Assembly: GCA_038203125.1 (NCBI GenBank)
Contig: JBBREG010000001.1
Location: 1-46,847 of the forward strand
DNA from: Chitinophagales bacterium
Lineage (GTDB): Bacteria; Bacteroidota; Bacteroidia; Chitinophagales; Saprospiraceae
Reading direction: 5' to 3'
DNA: 46,847 nucleotides
Under the pieces are notes generated by a model, which was not told the origin of the DNA, did not search any database, and was given only the letters and a program-made list of their open reading frames with translations. A program made the translations under genes and the position numbers. Below, one piece after another: positions 1-9,439 of the stretch (within the stretch, counting starts at the first letter, position 1; every line of letters begins with the position of its first letter).

Positions 1-9
1 AATGATCTG

Positions 10-81
10 AGCGGGAGATGGGAATCGAACCCACGGCCTTTTGCTTGGGAAGCAAAAGCTCTACCCCTGAGCTACTCCCGC
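10..81 (-). tRNA. tRNA-Gly (anticodon CCC)
   Basis: The reverse complement folds as a canonical cloverleaf: acceptor GCGGGAG/CTCCCGC, D arm GCTC-AGGGGTA-GAGC, anticodon arm TTTGC-TTCCCAA-GCAAA (anticodon CCC), T arm GTGGG-TTCGATT-CCCAT. It is 71 nt plus a discriminator base, and CCA is not encoded. Confidence 0.9.
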
Positions 82-170
82 ATCATATAAAAGTAAAAGG
101 ATTTCGTCGATATCCTTAGCCTGCATTCCCCACCAGTAGTAAGGATTATTATATTCATTATTTTATAATA

Positions 171-178
171 TAATTTTG
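171..178 (+). promoter_or_regulatory. candidate Bacteroidetes -7 promoter element (TAATTTTG, matches TAnnTTTG)
   Basis: Exact match to the Bacteroidetes sigma-A -7 consensus TAnnTTTG, about 80 nt upstream of the M16 peptidase ATG at 258. No -33 element was verified. Confidence 0.25.
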
Positions 179-257
179 GAAAAGGAAAAAATTGCCTGCT
201 GAAACACATCGAAACTCAGTATTTTTTCCGATATTGAATATTCTAAAATCTGTAACC

Positions 258-3107
258 ATGTTGAAAACCATCCTGCTCTCCATTTGCTCCTTTATTATAC
301 TTACAGCTAGTATTGAAAATCCGTGTTCCGCACAAACTTCTACAAATTCATCCCAGGTTACACTGCCGCCATCTCTTTCAAATATTCCTATTGATCCAAC
401 TATCCGCATCGGCAAACTGGAAAATGGAGTGACCTATTATATCCAGAAAAATAAAAAGCCCGAACATCGTGCCGAACTCAGGATGGCAGTCAAGGCAGGA
501 TCCATGCAGGAAGATGATGACCAATTAGGTCTGGCGCACTTTGTAGAGCACATGGCATTTAATGGAACAGCCCACTTTTCAAAAAATGAATTAGTCAACT
601 ACCTTGAATCTATCGGTACCCGATTTGGTCCTGACCTGAATGCGTACACAAGTTTTGATGAAACCGTGTACATGTTGCAGGTACGTACAGACGACCAGGA
701 CATGTTTAATAAAGGAATGCTTATTCTTCGTGACTGGGCTGATGGAATCGCATTCGATGATGCAGAGATCGACAAAGAACGTGGTGTGGTCATATCAGAA
801 TGGCGCACACGTCTCAGCGCCGAACAACGTATGCAGCAGGAATACCTCCCGATCATTTATTACAAATCCAGGTATGCTGACCGGCTTCCAATAGGGGACC
901 CATTGATTGTGCAGAACGCAGCTTATGATGTGGCCCGGAGGTTTTACAAGGATTGGTATCGTCCGGAACTTACCGCCATCATGGTGGTTGGTGATATTGA
1001 CGTTGATGCGATCGAACAAAAGATTAAATCTGAATTTGGAAGTATAAAACCAAGTCAAAATCCAAGACAGAAAGAAGTTGTTTCATTTCCAGTGCATGAT
1101 GCGACTTTTGCAAAAATCGTGACCGATGCCGAAGCGACGAACACACGTATTCAAATCTATTACAAACATAAATTCACTCCTGTCACGACACTCGTGGATT
1201 ACAGGGATCGGTTAGTTCAGTCATTATACAATCGCATGTTGGGCAAACGACTCGCTGAGTTTTCACGACTATCGGATCCGCCATTCATATTCGGCTCCAC
1301 AGGATATTATCAGGATGTGGCAGATCTTGCCATGTATTCAAGTACAGCCATGGCGGAAGCAAAAAATATACGTCGTGCCTATACAACTTTGCTGGAGGAA
1401 AACCAGCGCGTATTACAGCATGGTTTTACTACATCAGAACTTGAGCGGGAGAAAGCGTCCATTTTACGTCAATCAGAACAGAATGTGTTGGAGAAAGATA
1501 AACAGGAATCCAATCGGCTCATATCACGACTCGTGTACCACTTCCTGGAAGATAACCCGGTGCCAGACGCCAGTCAGCATCTGGAACTTTATAAGGCCAT
1601 GATGCCTACGATTACGCTGGATGAAGTCAGTGCGTATGCCTCTAAATGGATTACCAGTTCCAACAACATGGTGCTCATCACCGCACCTGCAAAAGATCTT
1701 GGGATGTTACCTGATTCAATCGAACTGATAAAGATGATGCAGGAAGTAAACAAAACAAGTTTGAAACCATATGTAGATATCGATGTGTCTGCACCTATAT
1801 TATCAGCCACGCTTCCGGAATTGCCGGTCATTAATATGAAACATGATACTGTTTTAGGATTATATGAATGGGATCTCCCAAATGGCATTAAAGTAAAAGC
1901 GAAACCGACCTCATTTAAAAATGATGAAATCCTGATGTCTGCCTATAGTCCCGGAGGACATTCTCTGTATGATGCATCAAAATATCCTTCTGCGCGAAGT
2001 GTAAGTTCTGTTATCCAGGCGAGTGGGGTAGGGCCGTACAATGCGACAGGTCTTGATAAAAAACTATCTACCCAGCGGGTAAGTGTGACTCCTTTTGTGT
2101 TCGAAAGGTTCGAAGGGATGAGTGGTAGTTCATCAGTAACTGACCTGGAGACCATGATCCAACTCGCATATTTATGGGTGACTGCCTATAGGGAAGACAG
2201 TGTGGCGTTAAGTGCATATATCAATCGCGAGCGCGGCAGGTTTGCAAATCTATTGGCCAACCCGCAGAACTATTTCTATGACCGTGTTGGAAAAATAACG
2301 TCACAAAATCATCCACGACGCGGATTTCCAACGCTCGAATCTTATGATCAGATTAAACATACCGAGATCATGGAGATTTATAGAGATCGATTCAAAGATG
2401 TGAGCGATATGACATTCTTTTTTGTGGGAAATTTTGATCCTGTCCAATTACAAAAATTGACGGGTCGTTATCTCGGCGCGATGCCCGGTGGAGGCAGAAA
2501 AGAAACGTATAAAGATGTCGGCGATCGCATGCCATCAGGTGTAGTGGATTCTGTATACAATAGGGGAGAAGCACCAAGTTCATTAGTTCAAATCGTATAT
2601 CACGGCACTGATCAATATAATGCCGCGCAGGGGTACGTACTTCAATCACTTATTGAGCTCGCCCGGATCAAACTCCGTGAATCATTACGTGAAGAAGAAA
2701 GTGGCGTGTATGGCGTATCTATCTACGGAAGTCAATCTTATTTTCCAGTCGAACAATATTCCATCAACATCGGATTTAATGCCGATCCACCACGCACAAA
2801 GGAACTGATGGATGCAGCTAAAGCTGTCATCGAAAAGCTCAAACATGAAATTGATCCGGCTGATATTATCAAAGTCACTGAAACGCAACGCCAATCGCGT
2901 ATCAAAGATCTGGAGCAAAATTACTTCTGGATGAATTCACTTGTAACAAGCTGGCAAGATCAGGTACCCCTTACACCGTTAGTTGAACTTCAGACATTAG
3001 AGCGCAGGATTGCAGGTCTCAATAAAGAAGTATTGCTAGCCGCAGCTAATAAATATTTTAATGACAAAGAGGTGATCAGCGTGGTGATGTACCCTGATAA
3101 AACATAA
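258..3107 (+). CDS. M16 (pitrilysin/insulinase) family zinc peptidase, secreted
   Basis: Carries the inverted zincin motif HFVEHMAFNG (HxxEH). At about 950 aa it is consistent with a two-unit M16 protein (an active half plus an inactive half). The ATG at 258 gives a clean signal peptide, MLKTILLSICSFIILTASIENPCSA|Q. The track start at 192 adds a non-signal extension, so I prefer 258. Confidence 0.9.
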   Translation: MLKTILLSICSFIILTASIENPCSAQTSTNSSQVTLPPSLSNIPIDPTIRIGKLENGVTYYIQKNKKPEHRAELRMAVKAGSMQEDDDQLGLAHFVEHMAFNGTAHFSKNELVNYLESIGTRFGPDLNAYTSFDETVYMLQVRTDDQDMFNKGMLILRDWADGIAFDDAEIDKERGVVISEWRTRLSAEQRMQQEYLPIIYYKSRYADRLPIGDPLIVQNAAYDVARRFYKDWYRPELTAIMVVGDIDVDAIEQKIKSEFGSIKPSQNPRQKEVVSFPVHDATFAKIVTDAEATNTRIQIYYKHKFTPVTTLVDYRDRLVQSLYNRMLGKRLAEFSRLSDPPFIFGSTGYYQDVADLAMYSSTAMAEAKNIRRAYTTLLEENQRVLQHGFTTSELEREKASILRQSEQNVLEKDKQESNRLISRLVYHFLEDNPVPDASQHLELYKAMMPTITLDEVSAYASKWITSSNNMVLITAPAKDLGMLPDSIELIKMMQEVNKTSLKPYVDIDVSAPILSATLPELPVINMKHDTVLGLYEWDLPNGIKVKAKPTSFKNDEILMSAYSPGGHSLYDASKYPSARSVSSVIQASGVGPYNATGLDKKLSTQRVSVTPFVFERFEGMSGSSSVTDLETMIQLAYLWVTAYREDSVALSAYINRERGRFANLLANPQNYFYDRVGKITSQNHPRRGFPTLESYDQIKHTEIMEIYRDRFKDVSDMTFFFVGNFDPVQLQKLTGRYLGAMPGGGRKETYKDVGDRMPSGVVDSVYNRGEAPSSLVQIVYHGTDQYNAAQGYVLQSLIELARIKLRESLREEESGVYGVSIYGSQSYFPVEQYSINIGFNADPPRTKELMDAAKAVIEKLKHEIDPADIIKVTETQRQSRIKDLEQNYFWMNSLVTSWQDQVPLTPLVELQTLERRIAGLNKEVLLAAANKYFNDKEVISVVMYPDKT

Positions 3108-3365
3108 TTGTTATTAAAACCTCTTTGAATTTGAAGACACTTTTTAGAATTGTTGTCGTTAGCATATACCTGTCATTCAGCCTCACAGCAGGCAGTCAGA
3201 TCTATGATGTACATGTTTCCCCGGAACTATATAAGCCGCTGACGAATGGTCAATCCTCCATGATTTAGGTGTGGGAGTTTATGAATTATACTTTGAAAAC
3301 ACCAAAGGTCATTCATCACAACGCATTATCAAGACCCAGTAGATATTCAGTTTTATTGAATTTAT

Positions 3366-4553
3366 GTGAAGAGAGTAATCCCATTGAAGCATCTGATAAT
3401 TCTGATTGTGCTGGAAGTATGTTTTCAAAATGCATACAGTCTGAATATTTCTATAATAGAAAGCCAACAAGCTTCCACAGGAATGGTGATGGACTCGGTT
3501 TGGTATGATGTGGCCCTGGGTATGGGTCATACTGCGATGATTTTACCCTACACTACTTTGCTGGATACGTCCTTTTTCAGCACGACAGATGTATTAATCA
3601 TTTCGAATGCAACAGTAGCATTATTTCCATCAGATATTAAAACCATCCTATGGTGTATCAGGAAAGGTAAGCCTGTGTATTTGCAAACTGAATATTTGCC
3701 GGAATTTGTGACCAACCAGGCATTCGCAAGTATTGTTGATAGTCTTGGAGGAATTTTTGATTGGGAAGAAAACTATAGCGGCGATTTAGTCGGAATGAAA
3801 GTTATTGGATCATTTGCTACCACGCCAAATGTAATTCCTCCACTAGATTATTATTGGTATTCGGTGTCCGGAACAGGTGATTGTCATATGATGTATTTTC
3901 TTGAATATGGTGCTGCATATCATGGATTTCAATTTATCTCGCATGATCCATTATTTGGTAGTATGATTACCACAACTGACCAAGATTGGATCCAGGAGCG
4001 GACCAGTACTCAATTAATGGAAAATATCATTACCCATTTAATTAATCCTCCAGACATAGCCGAGGAAAATACCATCGGGTTGAGTAATGATACTGCCATT
4101 TGTTCTGGGCAAACACTCGTACTGGAAGTCGTTGCTCAAAATGCATCGTATGAATGGAATGATAATAGTAATTCACCACGAATAGAAGTTTCAAAACCGG
4201 GCATATATGGAGTCACCGTAACTTTGGAATGTGGGATAATCATAGACTCGGTAATTGTTCTTGGAGCAAATTGTTCTTGTCCGGTGTATAATCCAAATGC
4301 CTTTTCACCGAATAGGGATAATGTCAACGATCTATTTACCATACAATTCGCATGTGATGTTTCTGATTATAGTTTAATGATCTTTGATCGATGGGGAAGC
4401 TTGGTGTATGGATCTGACAGCATCATGGACACGTGGGATGGCACTTTCCATGGAAATATATCTCCGGAAGGTGTTTATGCATACTTCATTCACTACACAT
4501 CCCAAGAAGGTGTTTCGTCAACTATATATGGAAATATTACATTAATTCGGTGA
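3366..4553 (+). CDS. secreted protein with T9SS type B (gliding-motility-associated) C-terminal sorting domain; N-terminal domain of unknown function
   Basis: The C-terminus NPNAFSPNRDNVNDLF...IFDRWGSLVY...WDGTFHGN...GVYAYFIHY matches the type B CTD pattern (FTPNgDGiND..IfnRWG..Wdg..G.Y.Y). It is preceded by an Ig-like module (CSGQTLVL...YEWNDNS...GIYGVTV). GTG start with an N-terminal hydrophobic signal-like segment. The locus is visibly more AT-rich than its flanks. Confidence 0.8.
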   Translation: MKRVIPLKHLIILIVLEVCFQNAYSLNISIIESQQASTGMVMDSVWYDVALGMGHTAMILPYTTLLDTSFFSTTDVLIISNATVALFPSDIKTILWCIRKGKPVYLQTEYLPEFVTNQAFASIVDSLGGIFDWEENYSGDLVGMKVIGSFATTPNVIPPLDYYWYSVSGTGDCHMMYFLEYGAAYHGFQFISHDPLFGSMITTTDQDWIQERTSTQLMENIITHLINPPDIAEENTIGLSNDTAICSGQTLVLEVVAQNASYEWNDNSNSPRIEVSKPGIYGVTVTLECGIIIDSVIVLGANCSCPVYNPNAFSPNRDNVNDLFTIQFACDVSDYSLMIFDRWGSLVYGSDSIMDTWDGTFHGNISPEGVYAYFIHYTSQEGVSSTIYGNITLIR

Positions 4554-4586
4554 AGATGTAGAAGAAAATTAGTTTATATTCTTAGT

Positions 4587-7229
4587 TTAATCAAATTGCT
4601 TCTTCAATCTCACCAACGCCATCATACACTCAATCGGTGTCATCTCGTTGATATTCATTTTCGAAATTTCATCCATCAATTTTCTGGCATTGATATCTGT
4701 CTGATCAAAAATGCTGAGTTGTACTGTAGTCTGCTCTTTTAATTCCCTGATCTTTTCCCGCACGGAAGATGCATCGAGACTGAGGTTTTTTGACTCCAGT
4801 TCATGCAGAATTTCTGTAGCGCGTTCTAATAATGTACGCGGCATGCCTGCCATCCGGGCAACATGGATACCAAAGCTGTGCTCGCTGCCACCCGGCATGA
4901 GCTTTCGAAGGAAGATTACTTTATTGCCTGTCTCCTGTGTGGCGATGTGAAAATTATGAATGCGATCATACCGGTCCGCCAGTTCATTCAGCTCATGGTA
5001 GTGTGTAGCGAATAATGTCTTGGGTTTAAACTGCGGATGATGATGCAGATATTCTGCAATACTCCACGCAAGACTAATCCCATCAAAGGTGCTTGTACCC
5101 CTTCCAATCTCATCCATCAGGATCAGGCTACGCGCAGAAATATTATTCAGGATACTCGCTGTCTCATTCATCTCTACCATGAATGTGGATTCGCCGGAAG
5201 AAATATTATCTGAGGCACCAACACGTGTAAATAATTTATCAATAATGCCAAGTGTGCCTGCTTTAGCAGGAATAAAACTTCCAATCTGAGCCATAAGGCA
5301 GATCAATGCAGTCTGCCGCAACAAAGCTGATTTGCCAGACATGTTTGGTCCGGTGATAATATAGATCTGCTGATCATCACTATCGAGGTACAGATTATTC
5401 GCAACATATGTTTCCCCCGGAGGCAGATGACGTTCAATGACAGGATGGCGGCCATCTGTAATTTCGATAGACAATCCATCATTCATCTCCGGCCGGCAAT
5501 ATTGATACGCTTGTGCGACCGTAGCAAATGATAAAATGCAATCCAGTTGACTGATCACATTCGCATTGATCTGGATAGGTGCAATATAATCCTGTGCTGC
5601 AAGCACCAATTCAGAATAAAGGGTTTCTTCAAGCGCACCGATTTTCTCTTCTGCTTTCAGAATCTTTTGCTCCAGCTTTTTCAGATCATCGGTCACATAT
5701 CGCTCACAATTGGACAGTGTCTGCTTCCGTACCCAGTGATCGGGTATGAGCCCCTGGTTTTTATACTTATTGGTGACTTCCAGGAAGTAACCAAACACAT
5801 TATTGTAACCTACTTTCAGGTTCGTGATACCGGTTTTACGTGCCTCTTCCTGTTGCAGGTTGATCAGGATCTCTTTACTGTTCTGGATGATGTCGCGATA
5901 TTCATCCAGTTCGTCGTGATATCCTTTCCGGATCACATTTCCTTTAATGAGTACGGCAGGTGCATCTTCCTGGACTGCAAGTTCAATAGTTTGACGCAGA
6001 TGATCGCATATATTGATCTGATCCGATAGACGCATCAATCCTTCCTGGTGACTATCCTGCATCCATTCTTTGATCGGTGCCAGTGCGGAGAGTCCACGTT
6101 TCAACTGGTTCATTTCCCTCGGATTGATCCTGGATAATGACACCTTGGATATGATCCGTTCCAGGTCACCAATCTGCCGAACCTGGTCCTTGATATCTGC
6201 AGCCCAATCGCTATGCTGCAATGCATACGCTACCATATCATGCCGGCCGCTGATCTCCTTCAGGTGGATCAGGGGCAGCGCAATCCATCGTCTCATCAGA
6301 CGGGCCCCCATGGGTGACGTGGTTTTATCCAGAATATCCAATAAGCTGGTACCGGTCTCATGCGTGGGTTGTAATAACTCAAGGTTACGGATCGTAAATC
6401 GATCCATCCACATAAAGTGCTCAGACTGGATACGGCTGATGGTCCGGATGTGTTTCAGCCCATCTTGTTTTGTTGTTGCCAGGTAATGGAGAATGGCACC
6501 AGCGGCTATCTGTGCATGTTGCATGTGTTCAATCCCAAAGCCTTTCAGGGTTGCAATTTCAAAATGGCGAAGGATTTTCTCCTGCGTGTAATCTGTTGTG
6601 TAAACCCATTCATCGAGGCCATAGGTATAGAAGGTCGATCCAAAATATTTTTCAAAACGATCTTTATTGGATTTTGAATACAGGACTTCGGATGGAGTAA
6701 AACTTTGAAATAATTTTTCGATCTCACGTTGCGAACCTTCGCTGATGACAAATTCTCCGGTTGAGTTATCAAGGAATGCAACACCAAAATGATCACCAGA
6801 AATAAAATGAATCGCTGCCAGGTAGTTATTAGCTCTTCGGTTCAGAAGTGAATCATCCGTTGCCACGCCCGGTGTGATTAGATCAGTTACCCCACGATCT
6901 ACGATTTTCTTTTCTTTGGAAGGTTTTTCGAGTTGTTCACAGATGGCGACACGATATCCTGCCTGGACCAGCCTGGGTAGGTACATATCCATGGCATGAT
7001 AGGGAAAGCCGGCCAGCTCTACATTATTACCACCATTGTTTCGCGATGTAAGGATGATCCCCAGAGCTTCCGCTGTACGGACTGCATCTTCACCAAAGGT
7101 CTCATAAAAATCACCTACCCGGAACAGCAACAAAGCTTCCGGATGCTGGCTCTTGATCTTATAATATTGCTTCATGAGCGGGGTCTCTTTCCCAGCTTCA
7201 ATGGATACCGATTCGTGCTTGTCTTTCAA
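4587..7229 (-). CDS. mutS: DNA mismatch repair protein MutS
   Basis: Motifs TPLMKQYYKIKSQHPEALLLFRVGDFYE (mismatch-binding domain), Walker A GPNMSGKS, STFMVEM, DEIGRGTST and FATHYHEL. The open frame extends to 7298, but those extra residues are hydrophobic and unlike MutS. I place the start at TTG 7229, just upstream of the conserved TPLM. ATG 7175 is an alternative. Confidence 0.93.
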   Translation of the reverse strand: MKDKHESVSIEAGKETPLMKQYYKIKSQHPEALLLFRVGDFYETFGEDAVRTAEALGIILTSRNNGGNNVELAGFPYHAMDMYLPRLVQAGYRVAICEQLEKPSKEKKIVDRGVTDLITPGVATDDSLLNRRANNYLAAIHFISGDHFGVAFLDNSTGEFVISEGSQREIEKLFQSFTPSEVLYSKSNKDRFEKYFGSTFYTYGLDEWVYTTDYTQEKILRHFEIATLKGFGIEHMQHAQIAAGAILHYLATTKQDGLKHIRTISRIQSEHFMWMDRFTIRNLELLQPTHETGTSLLDILDKTTSPMGARLMRRWIALPLIHLKEISGRHDMVAYALQHSDWAADIKDQVRQIGDLERIISKVSLSRINPREMNQLKRGLSALAPIKEWMQDSHQEGLMRLSDQINICDHLRQTIELAVQEDAPAVLIKGNVIRKGYHDELDEYRDIIQNSKEILINLQQEEARKTGITNLKVGYNNVFGYFLEVTNKYKNQGLIPDHWVRKQTLSNCERYVTDDLKKLEQKILKAEEKIGALEETLYSELVLAAQDYIAPIQINANVISQLDCILSFATVAQAYQYCRPEMNDGLSIEITDGRHPVIERHLPPGETYVANNLYLDSDDQQIYIITGPNMSGKSALLRQTALICLMAQIGSFIPAKAGTLGIIDKLFTRVGASDNISSGESTFMVEMNETASILNNISARSLILMDEIGRGTSTFDGISLAWSIAEYLHHHPQFKPKTLFATHYHELNELADRYDRIHNFHIATQETGNKVIFLRKLMPGGSEHSFGIHVARMAGMPRTLLERATEILHELESKNLSLDASSVREKIRELKEQTTVQLSIFDQTDINARKLMDEISKMNINEMTPIECMMALVRLKKQFD

Positions 7230-7447
7230 TGGCTTTGTACCTGATAGATCTATAAAGGTAATATATACAATAAGCAAATACGAAAAATTGATGCTCATAC
7301 CTTTGCCTAAGAATTGAAAACCTATCGAATGTGTAAAAAAATTATGTTTTTTATAACAATTTTGGAAATGGTATGTTACAGTGAAAGTTCAGATTAATCC
7401 TCTGTATATATTCGTTCGAATCATTTCATCATAAAAACAAACCAATC

Positions 7448-7924
7448 ATGGGACTTTTTTCATTTTTAAAGAATGCAGGGGCGAAAATCTTCAATAACAC
7501 TGAAGAAGAAACTGTAAAAACAGCGTCAATGGCTGAGACAGAAAAAATTAAGGTAGCTGCCATGATGCGTGCAGTGAATGCACTTAATTTGCCTGTCTCC
7601 AATCTCTCTCTTGACATCAACGACACAGGCGATACAGTTACTGTATTCGGCCAGGCTGAAACTCAGGTCGCCAAGGAATTGGTCATTCTGACTGTGGGCA
7701 ATAATATGGGCGTTTCATCAGTAGATGATCGCATGAGCGTGATTACGCCTGCAGAAGAAGCCACCTTTTATGAAGTTCAAAGTGGTGATTCTTTATCAAA
7801 AATTGCCAAGGAACACTATGGCGATCCAATGAAATATAATAGTATATTTGAGGCTAACAAACCAATGCTGCAGGATCCTGACAAGATCTATCCGGGTCAA
7901 ATGCTCAGGATTCCCAAGCTGTAA
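7448..7924 (+). CDS. kbp: BON + LysM domain protein, homolog of potassium-binding protein Kbp (YgaU)
   Basis: The N-terminus MGLFSFLKNAGAKIF and the C-terminal LysM FYEVQSGDSLSKIAKEHYG....YNSIFEANKPMLQDPDKIYPGQMLRIP are near-colinear with E. coli YgaU/Kbp as I recall it. A central BON-like segment (VTVFGQAETQVAKELVILTVGN..GVSSVDD) is also present. Confidence 0.85.
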   Translation: MGLFSFLKNAGAKIFNNTEEETVKTASMAETEKIKVAAMMRAVNALNLPVSNLSLDINDTGDTVTVFGQAETQVAKELVILTVGNNMGVSSVDDRMSVITPAEEATFYEVQSGDSLSKIAKEHYGDPMKYNSIFEANKPMLQDPDKIYPGQMLRIPKL

Positions 7925-7951
7925 TAAAGATTGTTTTCAACTGGTGAAGTT

Positions 7952-7993
7952 GGTGGAAGCGCAGGCCGCCGGGTCGGCTTCCACCTTTTTTTT
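7952..7993 (+). terminator. Rho-independent terminator downstream of kbp
   Basis: A 9-bp GC-rich stem, GGTGGAAGC (7952-7960) / GCTTCCACC (7977-7985), is followed immediately by T8 (7986-7993). It sits between the convergent genes kbp and xseB. Confidence 0.8.
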
Positions 7994-8010
7994 GGCGTCA
8001 ATCGATCCGG

Positions 8011-8205
8011 CTATTCCTCTTCCAGCAAAGACTCAAGATCAGTTTCTATATTACGCAACTTTGCTTTGCAAACAGCGATGAGCTCCATGGCTGCGCGCAC
8101 CTCATGCCGCATTTCCTCAAGACCCATTTCGCCCGACTGTATACGTGCTACTACGTGCTCTAATTGAAGTATGGCTTTGTCGTAATCGTTCTCCTTTTTT
8201 TTCAT
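8011..8205 (-). CDS. xseB: exodeoxyribonuclease VII small subunit
   Basis: A 64-aa helical protein (YDKAILQLEHVVARIQSGEMGLEE...) of typical XseB size. Its start overlaps the xseA stop by 4 nt (ATGA). Confidence 0.85.
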   Translation of the reverse strand: MKKKENDYDKAILQLEHVVARIQSGEMGLEEMRHEVRAAMELIAVCKAKLRNIETDLESLLEEE

Positions 8206-9431
8206 TGGACAGTACTTTGTGTAACACCATCATGAAAGATGGTTTCAATCAGTGATCCTTTTACGATATCGCCTGCACTCGTTAATGATTTTCCATTCTG
8301 CACGGTAATCGTATATCCGCGTTTTAAGATCAGATCCGGATCGAGCGCCTGCATCAGCGACTCAATAAACCCAAGCTTCCGGGTATGTAACCCCACCTGA
8401 TTTTTTGAACCCTGAAGGAGCGAATGGCGGATATGGGATAGTTTATTTTCTTCCAACAGGATCCTTGATTGGATGCCATGTTTTAGCATTTGCCTGAGGT
8501 CTGCTAGTTTTTGTTTTTCAAGCTGGAGCCGGTCATAGGCTTCATCTTCTATCCATTTGAGGAGTTCATCCAGTTTGTTTTCAAACCCGGCATTGTGTTC
8601 AATAACAAAATCTGCAACAGCAGTAGGTGTCTTTAAGGATCGGAACGCTACCAGATCCAGGATAGATTGATCAATCTCATGGCCAATTCCGATCATAACG
8701 GGTAACGGAAACTGCGCAATGCGCACAGCGATGGAAAGGTTATCAAATGCAGCTAGGTCTGTCCTGGCACCACCACCGCGGATGATGGCTACTGCATCAT
8801 AGTGATGCCTGTTTTCCTCTATTTTATCCAGGCAACCCAGTATTTCACTTTCCACCTGTTGGCCCTGCATCGCAGATTCATACAGGTCTATGTCGATATG
8901 ATAACCATAGTAGTTGTCTTCAATATGTTTGGCAAAATCTTTAAACCCGGCTGCCCGGTCCGAACTGATCACAGCAAGTCGTTGAATAACAGATGGAACA
9001 GGGACCTTCGCATTCTTTCGGATGAGATCCTGGTCTTTGATTTGCTTCAGAATAGCCTGGCGCTGCATCTCCAGTACACCGAATGTAAAGCTGCTGTCTA
9101 TATCCTCAATGATCAGTTTCAGGCCATAGCGCTCATGATAATCAATATTGACTTTGAGCTTGACAGACATCCCTTGTTTCAGGATGTCTTCGGGTGGAAC
9201 CGGTGATTTTCTTTTCAGGAAAAAATAGACATTCGCCCACATCGCCGCCTGGCATTGGGCAGTGATGGCATTACCATCTTTTTGGATAAGATCAAGGTAC
9301 CAGTGACCTCGCGACAGTGAAGCTTGTCCGATCTCGCATTCGATCCATACCGGCTGATCAAAATTCAGGGATATGACTCTGCGTATATACTGGTTGAGTT
9401 CGAGTAAAGAATATGCTGCACGCTCAACCAT
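8202..9431 (-). CDS. xseA: exodeoxyribonuclease VII large subunit
   Basis: N-terminal OB-fold region (YSLLELNQYIRRVI...VWIECEIGQ....GHWYLDL.QKD), then the catalytic region (VISS..AAG.KDF......D...........MQG; AIIRGGGA..DL..FD) and a long coiled-coil C-terminus. Translationally coupled to xseB. Confidence 0.9.
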   Translation of the reverse strand: MVERAAYSLLELNQYIRRVISLNFDQPVWIECEIGQASLSRGHWYLDLIQKDGNAITAQCQAAMWANVYFFLKRKSPVPPEDILKQGMSVKLKVNIDYHERYGLKLIIEDIDSSFTFGVLEMQRQAILKQIKDQDLIRKNAKVPVPSVIQRLAVISSDRAAGFKDFAKHIEDNYYGYHIDIDLYESAMQGQQVESEILGCLDKIEENRHHYDAVAIIRGGGARTDLAAFDNLSIAVRIAQFPLPVMIGIGHEIDQSILDLVAFRSLKTPTAVADFVIEHNAGFENKLDELLKWIEDEAYDRLQLEKQKLADLRQMLKHGIQSRILLEENKLSHIRHSLLQGSKNQVGLHTRKLGFIESLMQALDPDLILKRGYTITVQNGKSLTSAGDIVKGSLIETIFHDGVTQSTVQ

Positions 9432-9439
9432 GGATCATC

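Noticed and set aside
1-120. The tRNA-Gly gene as a possible integration hotspot marking a genomic island.
   Set aside because: The tRNA is on the minus strand, so its 3' end (the usual att site) faces out of the window. There is no integrase, no direct repeat of the tRNA 3' end and no compositional break inside the window.
5547-6486. Two long plus-strand ORFs (160 and 138 aa) inside mutS. Similar antisense ORFs occur inside thrA (12899-13279), purM (16949-17387), folD (29275-29733), dacB (37218-37706) and the CRTAC1-like gene.
   Set aside because: All lie fully antisense to genes with strong family motifs. Their products are low-complexity or Cys/Arg/Ser-rich with no motifs. They are typical shadow ORFs of the real coding frame.
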